Part shown: positions 1 to 8,086 of the stretch, piece by piece
How positions within the stretch are numbered: position 1 is the first letter of the stretch
Layout: each line of letters begins with the position of its first letter
DNA from: a virus
Lineage: Duplodnaviria > Heunggongvirae > Uroviricota > Caudoviricetes
Direction: 5' to 3' (one strand)
DNA length: 34,339 bases
IMG/VR virus record: IMGVR_UViG_2648501437_000013
Made by a program: the position numbers and the translations under genes
The notes under the pieces: model-generated
What the model was told of the DNA's origin: nothing
Databases searched by the model: none
The model's input: only the letters and a program-made list of their open reading frames with translations

Positions 1-111
1 TGGCGATTGCCAGCCGCCTTTCTCGTTCCATCCTGGAACTGTGTCTTACCGACACATTGTCATCCTGACGCCGATAAGATACATGATTTAAAATGATAGG
101 TAAACACTTAC

Positions 112-705
112 TTACCACTTGTTATAAACAAAACCAATATCTTTCTTGTGAGGCATATCTGCTGCTGAAAAAGCTGCGATCTTCGCGAGTCGATCACATA
201 TTTCATTTTCACGATGCCCGGCGTGACCTTTAACCCACTTCCAGCGAACATTATGTCGACTTGCGGCCTCATCCAGACGCTTCCACAGATCAACATTCTT
301 TACCGGTTTTTTGTCAGAAGTCATCCATCCATTGCGTTTCCACCATTTCATCCACTGTGTCATGCCGTTTTTCAGATACTGGCTATCAGAGTGTAAAATA
401 ACGTTGCATGGATATTTCAAACGCTCCAGCCCGATAAGTGCCCCCATCATCTCCATGCGGTTATTGGTGGTGCTATGAAAACCATCTGAGAACTCGCGTT
501 CCTCTCCACGATACTGAAGAACGATACCGTAACCGCCCGGGCCACCCGGATTTTTAAGGCAAGAGCCATCACTGAAGATTTTCACGGTTTTAAGCTGGGG
601 ATTGAACTCTACGACAGGCGTTGTGGGATTGGTGCGGGGAGAATTTTTGTTTTTGGCTTTTTTGCGAGTTTTTGCTTGCGATCGGGCTGGTGTCTTCGTC
701 GTCAT
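112..705 (-). CDS. rnhA: Ribonuclease HI (RNase H), with ~40-aa Lys/Arg-rich N-terminal extension
   Basis: Translation shows RNase HI hallmarks (SDGSC...[19 protein letters not shown], [15 protein letters not shown]). Start moved from track 759 to ATG at 703-705, which is preceded by CAGGAG 5 nt upstream. Confidence 0.85.
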   Translation of the reverse strand: MTTKTPARSQAKTRKKAKNKNSPRTNPTTPVVEFNPQLKTVKIFSDGSCLKNPGGPGGYGIVLQYRGEEREFSDGFHSTTNNRMEMMGALIGLERLKYPCNVILHSDSQYLKNGMTQWMKWWKRNGWMTSDKKPVKNVDLWKRLDEAASRHNVRWKWVKGHAGHRENEICDRLAKIAAFSAADMPHKKDIGFVYNKW

Positions 706-1289
706 ATAAACTCCTGAATCAAGCGCCGCGCCGATTTTTTTCCTCGCGCGTGCGCACACGCGTGCGTGTTAATAATTATTAAAATAAACAAATTACTTCC
801 CAGAACAGGTTTTTATAAACCTGAACTGAACGAACGAAGTGAGTGAAGTTCACCTCGAACGAAGTGAGAGGTTGTCTTTTCAGGTAATACTCTCCCAGGG
901 AGGTGAGTATAAAAATCCCTCACCAACCTGGTCGTTTCATAACCTGAAAAGTTATGGTCTAAGTCTACTGCCAGCTTAGACTTGGGAAGTTATGGATGAC
1001 AGCACCCCAGAACCGAGATCTTCCCACACTTTATGAAGGGGAGTACTGGATTCAACCTCTCGAAACACCCCAGACTCGACAATCATAAAGTGACCCTTGT
1101 CTCCGCTCACTTTGGTTCCCCCTTCCCCGACACCTAAACGGCACCGGTTCTACGCTGGTAGTGAACTTTTTTAAACCTGACGCCAGTGACGCTTACCCCC
1201 ACCCATCAGGTCGAGTCTCCAGTCTACGACTGGAAACTATCAGATCTTAGCACTTACAATTCATCTTATGAATAGTTTGTACTTATCTA

Positions 1290-1520
1290 TCATTTCGATT
1301 GATTATTTTCTCGACCATGTAGTTGAACATTCAAGGCAAACACCTCGTTGATCAACTCACCTAAAAGCTGTTCAACAAGTTCGCGATGCTCCCCAAGATG
1401 CAAGCACTTAATTGCCCATTCGTACAAGTTGAAAGCCTGCTCGCGATCTTTCATCATTTCACGAGCCTTAGCCAGAAAATCGCTCTCTACGAGCGCAACA
1501 ACATTGGTCGGGTATGGCAT
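1290..1520 (-). CDS. Hypothetical protein (76 aa)
   Basis: Intact ORF, AAGGAAAA-type RBS upstream of ATG, same strand as flanking operons. No recognisable motif. Confidence 0.4.
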   Translation of the reverse strand: MPYPTNVVALVESDFLAKAREMMKDREQAFNLYEWAIKCLHLGEHRELVEQLLGELINEVFALNVQLHGRENNQSK

Positions 1521-1625
1521 GTTAGTTTTCCTTAAAGTGGTTCATAAAATCGATTTTAAAGCGTCTGGGAAGGGTTCTAGTGGATTCTGTAGTGATGTTC
1601 AGGTCTGGAGTCTCTGATACAAAAC

Positions 1626-1684
1626 AGCCTGCTTCCGTATATTAATAATTAATATGTAGTTATTTATATATACAGAAGCAGGCT
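1626..1684. terminator. Long imperfect hairpin (15-bp arms AGCCTGCTTCCGTAT / ATACAGAAGCAGGCT, AT-rich palindromic loop)
   Basis: Inverted repeat read directly; lies downstream of the minus-strand methyltransferase gene (stop 1706) with GTTTTGT after the stem on the minus strand. Confidence 0.4.
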
Positions 1685-1705
1685 AATTACAGACGCCAGA
1701 ACAAA

Positions 1706-2299
1706 CTAAGCAGCCTTCTTTGATGGTCTTTTTTTCCTGACCACATTCGCAGGATCATACCCTCCCAGACTTTTCATGACGTCCAAAGGGATCTTGCTTA
1801 TAGAGTGCCCAGCGTCCTGACAGAATCCTCGAAAAACAACGAGCATACTGCCACCGGGGTTGATGTTTACTTCTACCTGACCCAAATTGACGTCAGGCTC
1901 GACAAACGCTACGCGGCCACCAGACAGAATAATCGTCTCATTCGCATACTCTGTTGCACGCTCATACCACTTTGTATCGAGGGATTGAGGAATTAGAATC
2001 ACTGTTGTAACTCCGCGAGCCTGCTCACGTATAGCAGCATCAATCCAGGGGGAGATTTTGGAGTAGGGTGGATTGAGGAAGGCAATTGTACCTGGCTGTC
2101 CCCATTCAGATTTCAAAGCATCACGCTCAATGCCTATGAAATTAGGCAGCTTTGCGTTGTCCTTGTTGCAGGCAACGTCAACATCAAATGTCACTCCAAG
2201 ATAACGTTGAATGGCAGAAAACAGCCAATCAGGTGTTCTCCAGAGGTCACGAAGAGAGTTGTCGCGCTTTCGCTGTTTGATTTTTTCGGCTGCAATCAT
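1706..2299 (-). CDS. DNA N6-adenine methyltransferase, phage Dam family
   Basis: WRTPDWLF, FDVDVACN and FLNPPYS motifs typical of the phage N6-adenine MTase family (NPPY catalytic motif). Confidence 0.8.
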   Translation of the reverse strand: MIAAEKIKQRKRDNSLRDLWRTPDWLFSAIQRYLGVTFDVDVACNKDNAKLPNFIGIERDALKSEWGQPGTIAFLNPPYSKISPWIDAAIREQARGVTTVILIPQSLDTKWYERATEYANETIILSGGRVAFVEPDVNLGQVEVNINPGGSMLVVFRGFCQDAGHSISKIPLDVMKSLGGYDPANVVRKKRPSKKAA

Positions 2300-2310
2300 C
2301 TTCTTTCTCG

Positions 2311-2330
2311 ATAGGTAAGTGATTACCTAT
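2311..2330. promoter_or_regulatory. 20-bp palindrome ATAGGTAAGTGATTACCTAT (8-bp arms, 4-bp spacer), 12 nt upstream of the MTase ATG
   Basis: Perfect inverted repeat; member of a motif family recurring at heads of transcription units in this window. Confidence 0.5.
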
Positions 2331-2363
2331 TTTTGCATTTAATTTTATGTATGGCAATCAAAT

Positions 2364-2440
2364 AAAACGCGCCAGAAATGCGAACAAGAAGCTCTCTGGC
2401 GCGTTTTTGTGGTGCTGGGTATGGGTTAGCTTACCCAGCA
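2364..2440. terminator. Tandem rho-independent terminator hairpins (AAAACGCGCCAGA...TCTGGCGCGTTTT and TGCTGGGTA...TACCCAGCA)
   Basis: GC-rich inverted repeats flanked by A-run and T-run on both sides, so bidirectional; sits between gene 2482..3291 (stop) and the MTase promoter region. Confidence 0.7.
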
Positions 2441-2481
2441 CTATAAAGCTCTCTATGGGCTTTATTTTCAGTAGGGGAACG

Positions 2482-3291
2482 TCATCCAATAGTGTACTCC
2501 GCGACAAACTTCTTAACGATCGGTGATTCTTCGTTCAATGTTAGATTTCCACCGTCTCTAACAGCAATTCCTGTAGCTGGAAATACAGCCATCATTTGCC
2601 CAGCCTGAGTTGACGCAGTGTTAAGCGGATACGGTTTTTCTGGATTGCTCATTAAAGCAATCTTAATACTATTACTTGTAGCCTTCTTTTCTGTGAGAAG
2701 GTGTCTCATGGAAATTACCGTGTAAACACTAATATCTGGACCTCCGCTAAACCAATTAAGAAGGTTTAATATCTTATCCTTTGCTTTGACAGGCGCGTTT
2801 TCGTAAGCGTCTAAGAAAATATCTTTTTCTAAGCCTGCTTTATTGAAAAACAAATAATCTTTATCACTTAAAGTAAAACGAGGACCTCTTGCAGTACGAG
2901 CTTTTTTATTTGTATTGCTATCATTTGACTGTTGAACTTTTAATTCATCATTAACCTCAACACACTCTTCAACCTCAATAAATCCCAATTGTTCTGGCTC
3001 GTTTTCGGCAGATTCAACACTTTCAGCCTTAATTACGTTTATAGGCTCATGAGCTAACTCCAACTCATTTAAAGCGGAGCTGAAATCACCTGCTTTTTCT
3101 TCATTGAACAGTTCTTCGGCAACATCATCAGAACTCATGGCTACGCCAGCATCGAGGCCGAGAAGCAGATCGTCAATATCATCAGTATTTTCAACCTGTG
3201 CAGCTTTTTTTACTGGTTCATCAAGTGATTGCAACATGGCTGTCAGCTCATCCAGATCATCATTTGTCATTACATTTTCAACCGAACTCAT
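2482..3291 (-). CDS. Hypothetical protein with acidic N-terminal half (269 aa)
   Basis: Long intact ORF in operon orientation; D/E-rich N-terminus; no recognised catalytic motif. Confidence 0.5.
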   Translation of the reverse strand: MSSVENVMTNDDLDELTAMLQSLDEPVKKAAQVENTDDIDDLLLGLDAGVAMSSDDVAEELFNEEKAGDFSSALNELELAHEPINVIKAESVESAENEPEQLGFIEVEECVEVNDELKVQQSNDSNTNKKARTARGPRFTLSDKDYLFFNKAGLEKDIFLDAYENAPVKAKDKILNLLNWFSGGPDISVYTVISMRHLLTEKKATSNSIKIALMSNPEKPYPLNTASTQAGQMMAVFPATGIAVRDGGNLTLNEESPIVKKFVAEYTIG

Positions 3292-3414
3292 GTAAGTCTC
3301 CTTCTGTTTAGTTGCATTTGCGTTTCGATGGCTACATTTTGACTAAACCTATCAGGCGGAAAAGTATTAAATACAGGCAGGAAATGATTGAAAGGCGACT
3401 GTTCTTTAAAAGAA

Positions 3415-3450
3415 AGCCTACTTTAAACTTTTTAAAGTAGGCTTTTGTTT
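3415..3450. terminator. Rho-independent terminator hairpin (AGCCTACTTTAAA / TTTAAAGTAGGCT) with T-run
   Basis: 12-13 bp perfect inverted repeat immediately downstream of the exonuclease stop codon, T-rich on both flanks. Confidence 0.6.
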
Positions 3451-3998
3451 TACACAATTTCAGAGGGTAATTTAAAAAATCCGTACTTATTACGTGCCTT
3501 AAAGAAGCATTGCATCATTAAGTTTGTGTCATATAAGGCACTATGTGCTTTGGCATGATCGTATATAAAGCCAAGAGAGAAGGCCAACTCTTCAAGGCGG
3601 GGACGTTTACCGTCTTCTGTGGCCCACAGGGAAAATAGAGTGTCAATCAATGGGATGTCTGGAAGCGAAAAACCGTAACTTTTCAGCTCATGCCTAATAA
3701 ACGGAATATCGAACGCTTCGCCGTTGTGGGCTATCCAAATATCGGAAGAAGAGAGATACGAAGCGACAGATGAAGCGTGATCGGCTAGTAACGGCTCGGC
3801 GGCTAAATCTTCAAGACTGATGCCGTGTACCGCTTGCGCTTTCGGATCGATACTGCGACGCGGGTTGAACCGCATTACAAAACTATCAACCATTGTCTGT
3901 GTCTCAATTTCGTACTTCACCATTGCGATTTCAATGATTTTATGGCCTGAGAGGAAATCAAGACCTGTTGATTCGATGTCCACCCCTGTAGCAATCAC
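3450..3998 (-). CDS. DnaQ-like DEDDh 3'-5' exonuclease (Pol III epsilon-like proofreading exonuclease)
   Basis: Exo I (VDIESTGL), Exo II (HNGEAFDIPF) and Exo III (HSALYD) motifs in canonical order. Confidence 0.75.
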   Translation of the reverse strand: MIATGVDIESTGLDFLSGHKIIEIAMVKYEIETQTMVDSFVMRFNPRRSIDPKAQAVHGISLEDLAAEPLLADHASSVASYLSSSDIWIAHNGEAFDIPFIRHELKSYGFSLPDIPLIDTLFSLWATEDGKRPRLEELAFSLGFIYDHAKAHSALYDTNLMMQCFFKARNKYGFFKLPSEIV

Positions 3999-4789
3999 TT
4001 TTTATCTCCTTTTACTGGTCGTTTGGACGGTGTGAAGATGGCAGCTTCAACATCCCACCCCCTCAAAATTCGCTGCGAGATAATGGTCGCAGTCAAGCCA
4101 ACCTCTCTAGCCCATTCGGTAATTCGCTGAGTTCTGCCGCGACACTCGATCAGACGCTTACTATCTCGGTTGGCATACGTGTCGACGCTGGCGTTAAGCG
4201 CGCGATCTAATGGCCACCCTTTCTTGATTCGATAGTGAAGAGTTGATGTCTGAATCCCGGCTCTTTTAGCCCATTGTGAGAGAGTCAGCTTTTCCCCCTT
4301 ATGCTCCAAAATTAAGTTTGAACGCGTGTTATTGGCCTGTTCTTCAAAAGTCGCCCATCTGCAATTTTCAGGTTCGTAGTCACCATTCACATCTTTGCGA
4401 TCAAGAGACATCCCCTCTGGTCGCTCTCCCATGTCAGCATAAAAGTTTTCAAATATTTGCCACCGCTCGCAGACTTTGATACCTCGGCCGCCATACCACT
4501 TATAGGCGTGATGGGTTGGTTTTTCACATCGTTCCCGCATACCCAGCCATATACGATAAATTGGCGTTTTACTCATACCATGAGGCTTTACGCTACGGCG
4601 ATGTGCGTTGTAGACACAGCCACACGATATTGTCGCCCCGTGATTTAGCTTCCCGTAACTAACCAGGCAGGTGTTGCCGCAATCGCAGATGCAATCCCAA
4701 AGTCGCCCTTGTTTGTTTGAAATACCGGAATATTTAAGTGCAACCAACTTTCCAAAACGTTTACCTGTTATGTCTACCGGTTGTCCCAT
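3995..4789 (-). CDS. HNH-like (degenerate) homing-endonuclease-like DNA-binding protein with N-terminal Cys cluster and two C-terminal HTH-like repeats
   Basis: Cys-rich N-terminus (CICDCG...SCGC); YGGRGIKVCERW and LDRKDVNGDYEPENCRWATFEEQANN resemble the NxRWAT..EN tail of HNH_3-type endonucleases; repeats LTLSQWAKRAGIQTSTLHYRIKKGW and QRITEWAREVGLTATIISQRILRGW look like HTH modules. Function assignment from memory only. Confidence 0.45.
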   Translation of the reverse strand: MGQPVDITGKRFGKLVALKYSGISNKQGRLWDCICDCGNTCLVSYGKLNHGATISCGCVYNAHRRSVKPHGMSKTPIYRIWLGMRERCEKPTHHAYKWYGGRGIKVCERWQIFENFYADMGERPEGMSLDRKDVNGDYEPENCRWATFEEQANNTRSNLILEHKGEKLTLSQWAKRAGIQTSTLHYRIKKGWPLDRALNASVDTYANRDSKRLIECRGRTQRITEWAREVGLTATIISQRILRGWDVEAAIFTPSKRPVKGDKK

Positions 4790-4798
4790 TACTACTCC

Positions 4799-5218
4799 TT
4801 ACAACTTCTTAGCGCCCTTAAGTAGTGCGCTACGTACAAATTGAGCCGCTTTTTTCAAAGTTTCTTCACTGGTTTCACAGACAATCGGATCTTTCCACTT
4901 ACCTGACACAGTGTTGAGAATATTGATTTGGTTGCTATCCAGACAAACAGAGATATAAAGCACCGTGCCACCAGCCAGCATCAAATGCATAGGAAACAGA
5001 GGCTTTTTACTGCCTTCACTGAACTGAGACATGGCGATGTTAATGGCTTCACCCACTTGTGTACCAACAAGCCCCTGCGCAGTTTCGAATATGGCACGAA
5101 TAGCCAGACGAGCCTCTCGATCGCTCATAAGCGACCGGGAATGTTCGTCCGCTACACGAATCAAAGCCTCTGTTGTTTTCCGATCCAGTTCATCTTCAAG
5201 CAACATTTCACTAAACAT
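4799..5218 (-). CDS. Hypothetical protein (139 aa)
   Basis: Intact ORF in operon; no recognised motif. Confidence 0.45.
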   Translation of the reverse strand: MFSEMLLEDELDRKTTEALIRVADEHSRSLMSDREARLAIRAIFETAQGLVGTQVGEAINIAMSQFSEGSKKPLFPMHLMLAGGTVLYISVCLDSNQINILNTVSGKWKDPIVCETSEETLKKAAQFVRSALLKGAKKL

Positions 5219-5279
5219 TTTTTATCCTTAACCCATTTTGAGAGTTTTATTGTCGCAATGTAGAAGAGGCGAACAATTT

Positions 5280-5924
5280 CTAATGAACGGTCACTCGGCC
5301 ACAGAACCGGTTTTCTATCTTTTCTACAGCGTTATCTAGCATTCTCATCACTGATCTGGCTCTTGCTTCAACCGTGCGATATCGGTTGGAAACGACGAAG
5401 GTTTGCAGATCTCCCCTTTGCGGATGCAGGTGAATTTTTGTCAGTTCCCCGCACATCAACGCATCAATACGAGCAACATACAGACGGTCTAATGATGCTC
5501 GTTGTGATCGCAAGTAATCTCGCTCTGAGAGAGCGACTCCCGGGCGTAAGCCAGCAATGGCGTTAAAGTTTGAAATGGCAGTTTTGTGGCAAAACTTTTC
5601 GATATCGAGGGCTAACTCAATACACCGCTCTTCATTTGTATGGCCGACCAAATCCAACGTGTAGGCCATAACATCAGCAGGTGTGCGATCGATAACAAAG
5701 CCTTCAACACCACGCGTAAGTAGCTCTATGTGCTTTGCTATTTCCATTTGAATCTGAAGCCGCTCATATAGAGGCATAGACTCACCTACTCGAACACCGA
5801 GGCGGCTCATCAAACTTCCGACACCAGCATCCACGTAAGGGATTCCGTAATGTTTGTCGATATATTTAGCCAGGGTTGTTTTCCCACTGCCCTGAGCACC
5901 AGTGATCCCAATCCGGTAATCCAT
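5280..5924 (-). CDS. P-loop nucleotide kinase, thymidylate-kinase-like
   Basis: Walker A GAQGSGKTT near N-terminus followed by VIDRTPADVMAYT, resembling the DRY/AYQ region of dTMP kinases; start overlaps the DHFR stop. Confidence 0.5.
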   Translation of the reverse strand: MDYRIGITGAQGSGKTTLAKYIDKHYGIPYVDAGVGSLMSRLGVRVGESMPLYERLQIQMEIAKHIELLTRGVEGFVIDRTPADVMAYTLDLVGHTNEERCIELALDIEKFCHKTAISNFNAIAGLRPGVALSERDYLRSQRASLDRLYVARIDALMCGELTKIHLHPQRGDLQTFVVSNRYRTVEARARSVMRMLDNAVEKIENRFCGRVTVH

Positions 5925-6400
5925 TACGACCTTCTGTATACGATCTGCGAAAAGCCAGGCTCTTCCTCGCTGGCTCGTTGGGTATAAGCTGTTTCAACAG
6001 ACACAAAGCCTAAGTTACGCATCATGCTTGCCGGGAAGAATGCATCAGCGTTTGGTACATCAACGCCGATGTGGGAGAGCCAAATCTCTTCAACATGCGG
6101 CATGAATAGCGAGTAAATTTGTTCCCCGCCAATCACCCACACAGGCTCTGGTAATCGCAACACATCATCCACACCAGCAGGGTAGAATCCATTTGGTACA
6201 AAGCCATGAGAGCGCGTCAAAACGAGATTATGACGCTCTGGAAGAGGGCGTTTGAGACTTTCCATCGTTTTACGTCCCATAACGACAGTGGCGTTTTTGG
6301 TGAGTCTCTTAAATAGCTTCAGATCGGTAGAGCAACGCCAGGGCAGTTCGTTCGCTATACCGATCTCATAATTACGGCCAACAGCAGCTATCATCTTCAT
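5924..6400 (-). CDS. folA: Dihydrofolate reductase
   Basis: 158 aa; IAAVGRNYEIG...LPW, GRKT, VIGGEQIY motifs; GAGGTG RBS; sits next to thyA as in phage dTMP modules. Confidence 0.8.
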   Translation of the reverse strand: MKMIAAVGRNYEIGIANELPWRCSTDLKLFKRLTKNATVVMGRKTMESLKRPLPERHNLVLTRSHGFVPNGFYPAGVDDVLRLPEPVWVIGGEQIYSLFMPHVEEIWLSHIGVDVPNADAFFPASMMRNLGFVSVETAYTQRASEEEPGFSQIVYRRS

Positions 6401-6858
6401 TTGCCCACCTCATAGATGACCGGTCTATGATGAGAGTCAGCTAAAGCGGCACGGAGTCGAGGATCGTGCACCAGCGCAGCGATAAGCAGATCGCCTTTAT
6501 GCTCCGCTAATGTGCGCTTAATATGCTTCTCATAACTGATGCCATTCGGTACGAGATGAAGCCAGTCGTAATCAACACCAAAATCTTTCAGCCATCGTTT
6601 AGTGGGCGCTTCAAGAGTTTCAGAGCGGCTACTGATAAGCACCACTTCAGCCCCTGAGCGAGCAAAACCACGCAACATACGGCTGGTGGGGAAAATGAGG
6701 TCATCACCGGCAATGAGCTGGCCTGCATCCGCGTCAAATACAGATTTACGATGGCTGGTATTTGCCAGCACACCTTCAATTTCGCATAAGACATACATAC
6801 CTCTTGCCATATCACACCGCCACTGGAACCTTGATCCACGGTAGAGGGTCATAGCCAA
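6397..6858 (-). CDS. Hypothetical protein (start uncertain; alternative Met at ~6810)
   Basis: ORF between thyA and DHFR, translationally coupled to DHFR (ATGA overlap); no clear family assignment. Confidence 0.45.
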   Translation of the reverse strand: MAMTLYRGSRFQWRCDMARGMYVLCEIEGVLANTSHRKSVFDADAGQLIAGDDLIFPTSRMLRGFARSGAEVVLISSRSETLEAPTKRWLKDFGVDYDWLHLVPNGISYEKHIKRTLAEHKGDLLIAALVHDPRLRAALADSHHRPVIYEVGK

Positions 6859-7942
6859 GAATCAGAATATCGTCCCATTTGAAATCATCCAGCTCAGACC
6901 ATTCATGAGGGAAAATAACGACCGGATCTGAATGCTCTGGAGCCTGTCGTTTCATTAGCTCACACACACTTTCCATGTGGTTATTGTACAAATGCACGTC
7001 AAAGCCAAAATGCACAAAGGCACCGGCCATGTGACCCGTAATCTTCGCGAGAAAATGAGTGAGAATGCCATAACCAGCAATATTGAATGGCATACCAACA
7101 AAAGTGTCTACGCTACGCTGTACGAGGCAGGAGTTGAGGATGCGTTTGGGGATTCCAAGTTCATCCAGTTCAGCTTCAGTAACACTGCCGTCCATCTCCA
7201 GATCGTATAGCATCTTGGTGTAGATAGACTCGTAACCGAGGCGACTGTGTTGAAGACCAATGTCAGTTGCCATCGTTAAACGGGTTTCAAAATCAAGCTC
7301 ACGACTCCACAAAGAGAAGACAAAGTGGCAAGGTGGCAGTTTCATATCCTCAAGCTCGCCTACGTTCCATGCGTTAAGCATGATGCGACGATCGGTAGGG
7401 TTCGTGCGCAGTGTATCGACAATACGCTGTAGCTGATCGATTTCACGGGACAGCACTACGCGATCTTCACTGATACCTAGGTATCCCTCGACTTTGTACC
7501 CGCGTTCACGGAAAGTAGCGATCTTGCTCAGATATTCACTATGGCTCACGATGCGGGTATCTTCCCATCGACGCCACTGCTTACCGTAAACTGGCCCCAA
7601 ATCGCCATTCTCATCGGCCCATGCATCCCAAATCTTAACGCCGTTATCCTTGAGAAATTGAATGTTACCCGTGCCTTTCAGATACCACTCAAGTTCGACA
7701 AGTAGTGGCTTAAGATTTACCGCCTTTCCAGAAATAAGCGGCACAGTCCCACCAGTAAGCATGTAGTAAGAGGGAACGTAGCAGGTGCTTAAAGTACCAG
7801 TGCCTGTGCGATCATCAGCCTGCACGCCGCTTTTAAGCACCGTCTCAATAACTTTTGCATACGATGCGTTTGTTACCTGACCGTTCGTATGCTCACGATT
7901 CAAAAGGAGTGACACAAAAACCTCACAAAGATAAGTAACCAC
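6812..7942 (-). CDS. thyA: Thymidylate synthase (ThyA) with ~45-aa internal insertion; annotated start uncertain
   Basis: DRTGTGT, LPPCH (catalytic Cys) and QRSVD...MPFNIAGY motifs; insertion between LPPCH and QRS blocks relative to E. coli ThyA; track start (GTG at 7942) lies inside a nested palindrome, so the true start is probably 10-25 codons downstream. Confidence 0.8.
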   Translation of the reverse strand: MVTYLCEVFVSLLLNREHTNGQVTNASYAKVIETVLKSGVQADDRTGTGTLSTCYVPSYYMLTGGTVPLISGKAVNLKPLLVELEWYLKGTGNIQFLKDNGVKIWDAWADENGDLGPVYGKQWRRWEDTRIVSHSEYLSKIATFRERGYKVEGYLGISEDRVVLSREIDQLQRIVDTLRTNPTDRRIMLNAWNVGELEDMKLPPCHFVFSLWSRELDFETRLTMATDIGLQHSRLGYESIYTKMLYDLEMDGSVTEAELDELGIPKRILNSCLVQRSVDTFVGMPFNIAGYGILTHFLAKITGHMAGAFVHFGFDVHLYNNHMESVCELMKRQAPEHSDPVVIFPHEWSELDDFKWDDILILGYDPLPWIKVPVAV

Positions 7943-7958
7943 TTATTCATTGTGTGAG
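7922..7958. promoter_or_regulatory. Nested palindrome CTCACA-aag-ATAAGT-aacc-ACTTAT-tcat-TGTGAG at the thyA operon head
   Basis: Read directly; the inner element belongs to the recurrent ATA(A/G)GTAA...TTAC(C/T)TAT family. Confidence 0.45.
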
Positions 7959-7991
7959 TTTACATTTATTGAGAGAACAAGACCAGATAGA

Positions 7992-8024
7992 TAAAAAAAT
8001 GGTGGCCATAGGCCACCAAAAACG
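7992..8024 (-). terminator. Rho-independent terminator (TGGTGGCC-ata-GGCCACCA + T7 on minus strand)
   Basis: 8-bp GC-rich stem with A7/T7 run; downstream of gene 8087..8956. Confidence 0.75.
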
Positions 8025-8086
8025 GATAGTTGTTTCAGAAATTTAACGCGCCGACACAATATACATAGATAGATAACTACCTACAA

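Noticed and set aside
1-111. Partial gene at the left window edge
   Set aside because: No ORF of meaningful length reaches the edge on either strand in the track; the segment looks intergenic (downstream of rnhA, with a weak copy of the palindromic motif).
108-396. ORFs 108..296 (-) and 214..396 (+) overlapping rnhA
   Set aside because: Alternative-frame or antisense shadows of the well-supported RNase HI gene; no independent signals.
760-1289. tRNA or tmRNA gene in the ORF-free region
   Set aside because: I could not assemble an acceptor stem, anticodon arm and T-arm (GTTCRANYC-type) into a cloverleaf by eye. Left as an unexplained structured region rather than called as an RNA gene.
6588-6844. 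ORFs 6588..6839 (-) and 6602..6844 (+) inside gene 6397..6858
   Set aside because: Overlapping alternative frames with no start signals; the in-operon frame translationally coupled to DHFR is preferred.
5280-7942. Thymidine hypermodification cluster (ThyA-like hydroxymethylase plus P-loop 5-hmdU kinase)
   Set aside because: ThyA retains canonical motifs including the dUMP-specifying Asn; DHFR, needed only for a true thymidylate synthase cycle, is encoded between them; the kinase looks like dTMP kinase. The canonical dTMP pathway is the simpler reading, though the ThyA insertion keeps a small doubt (see findings).
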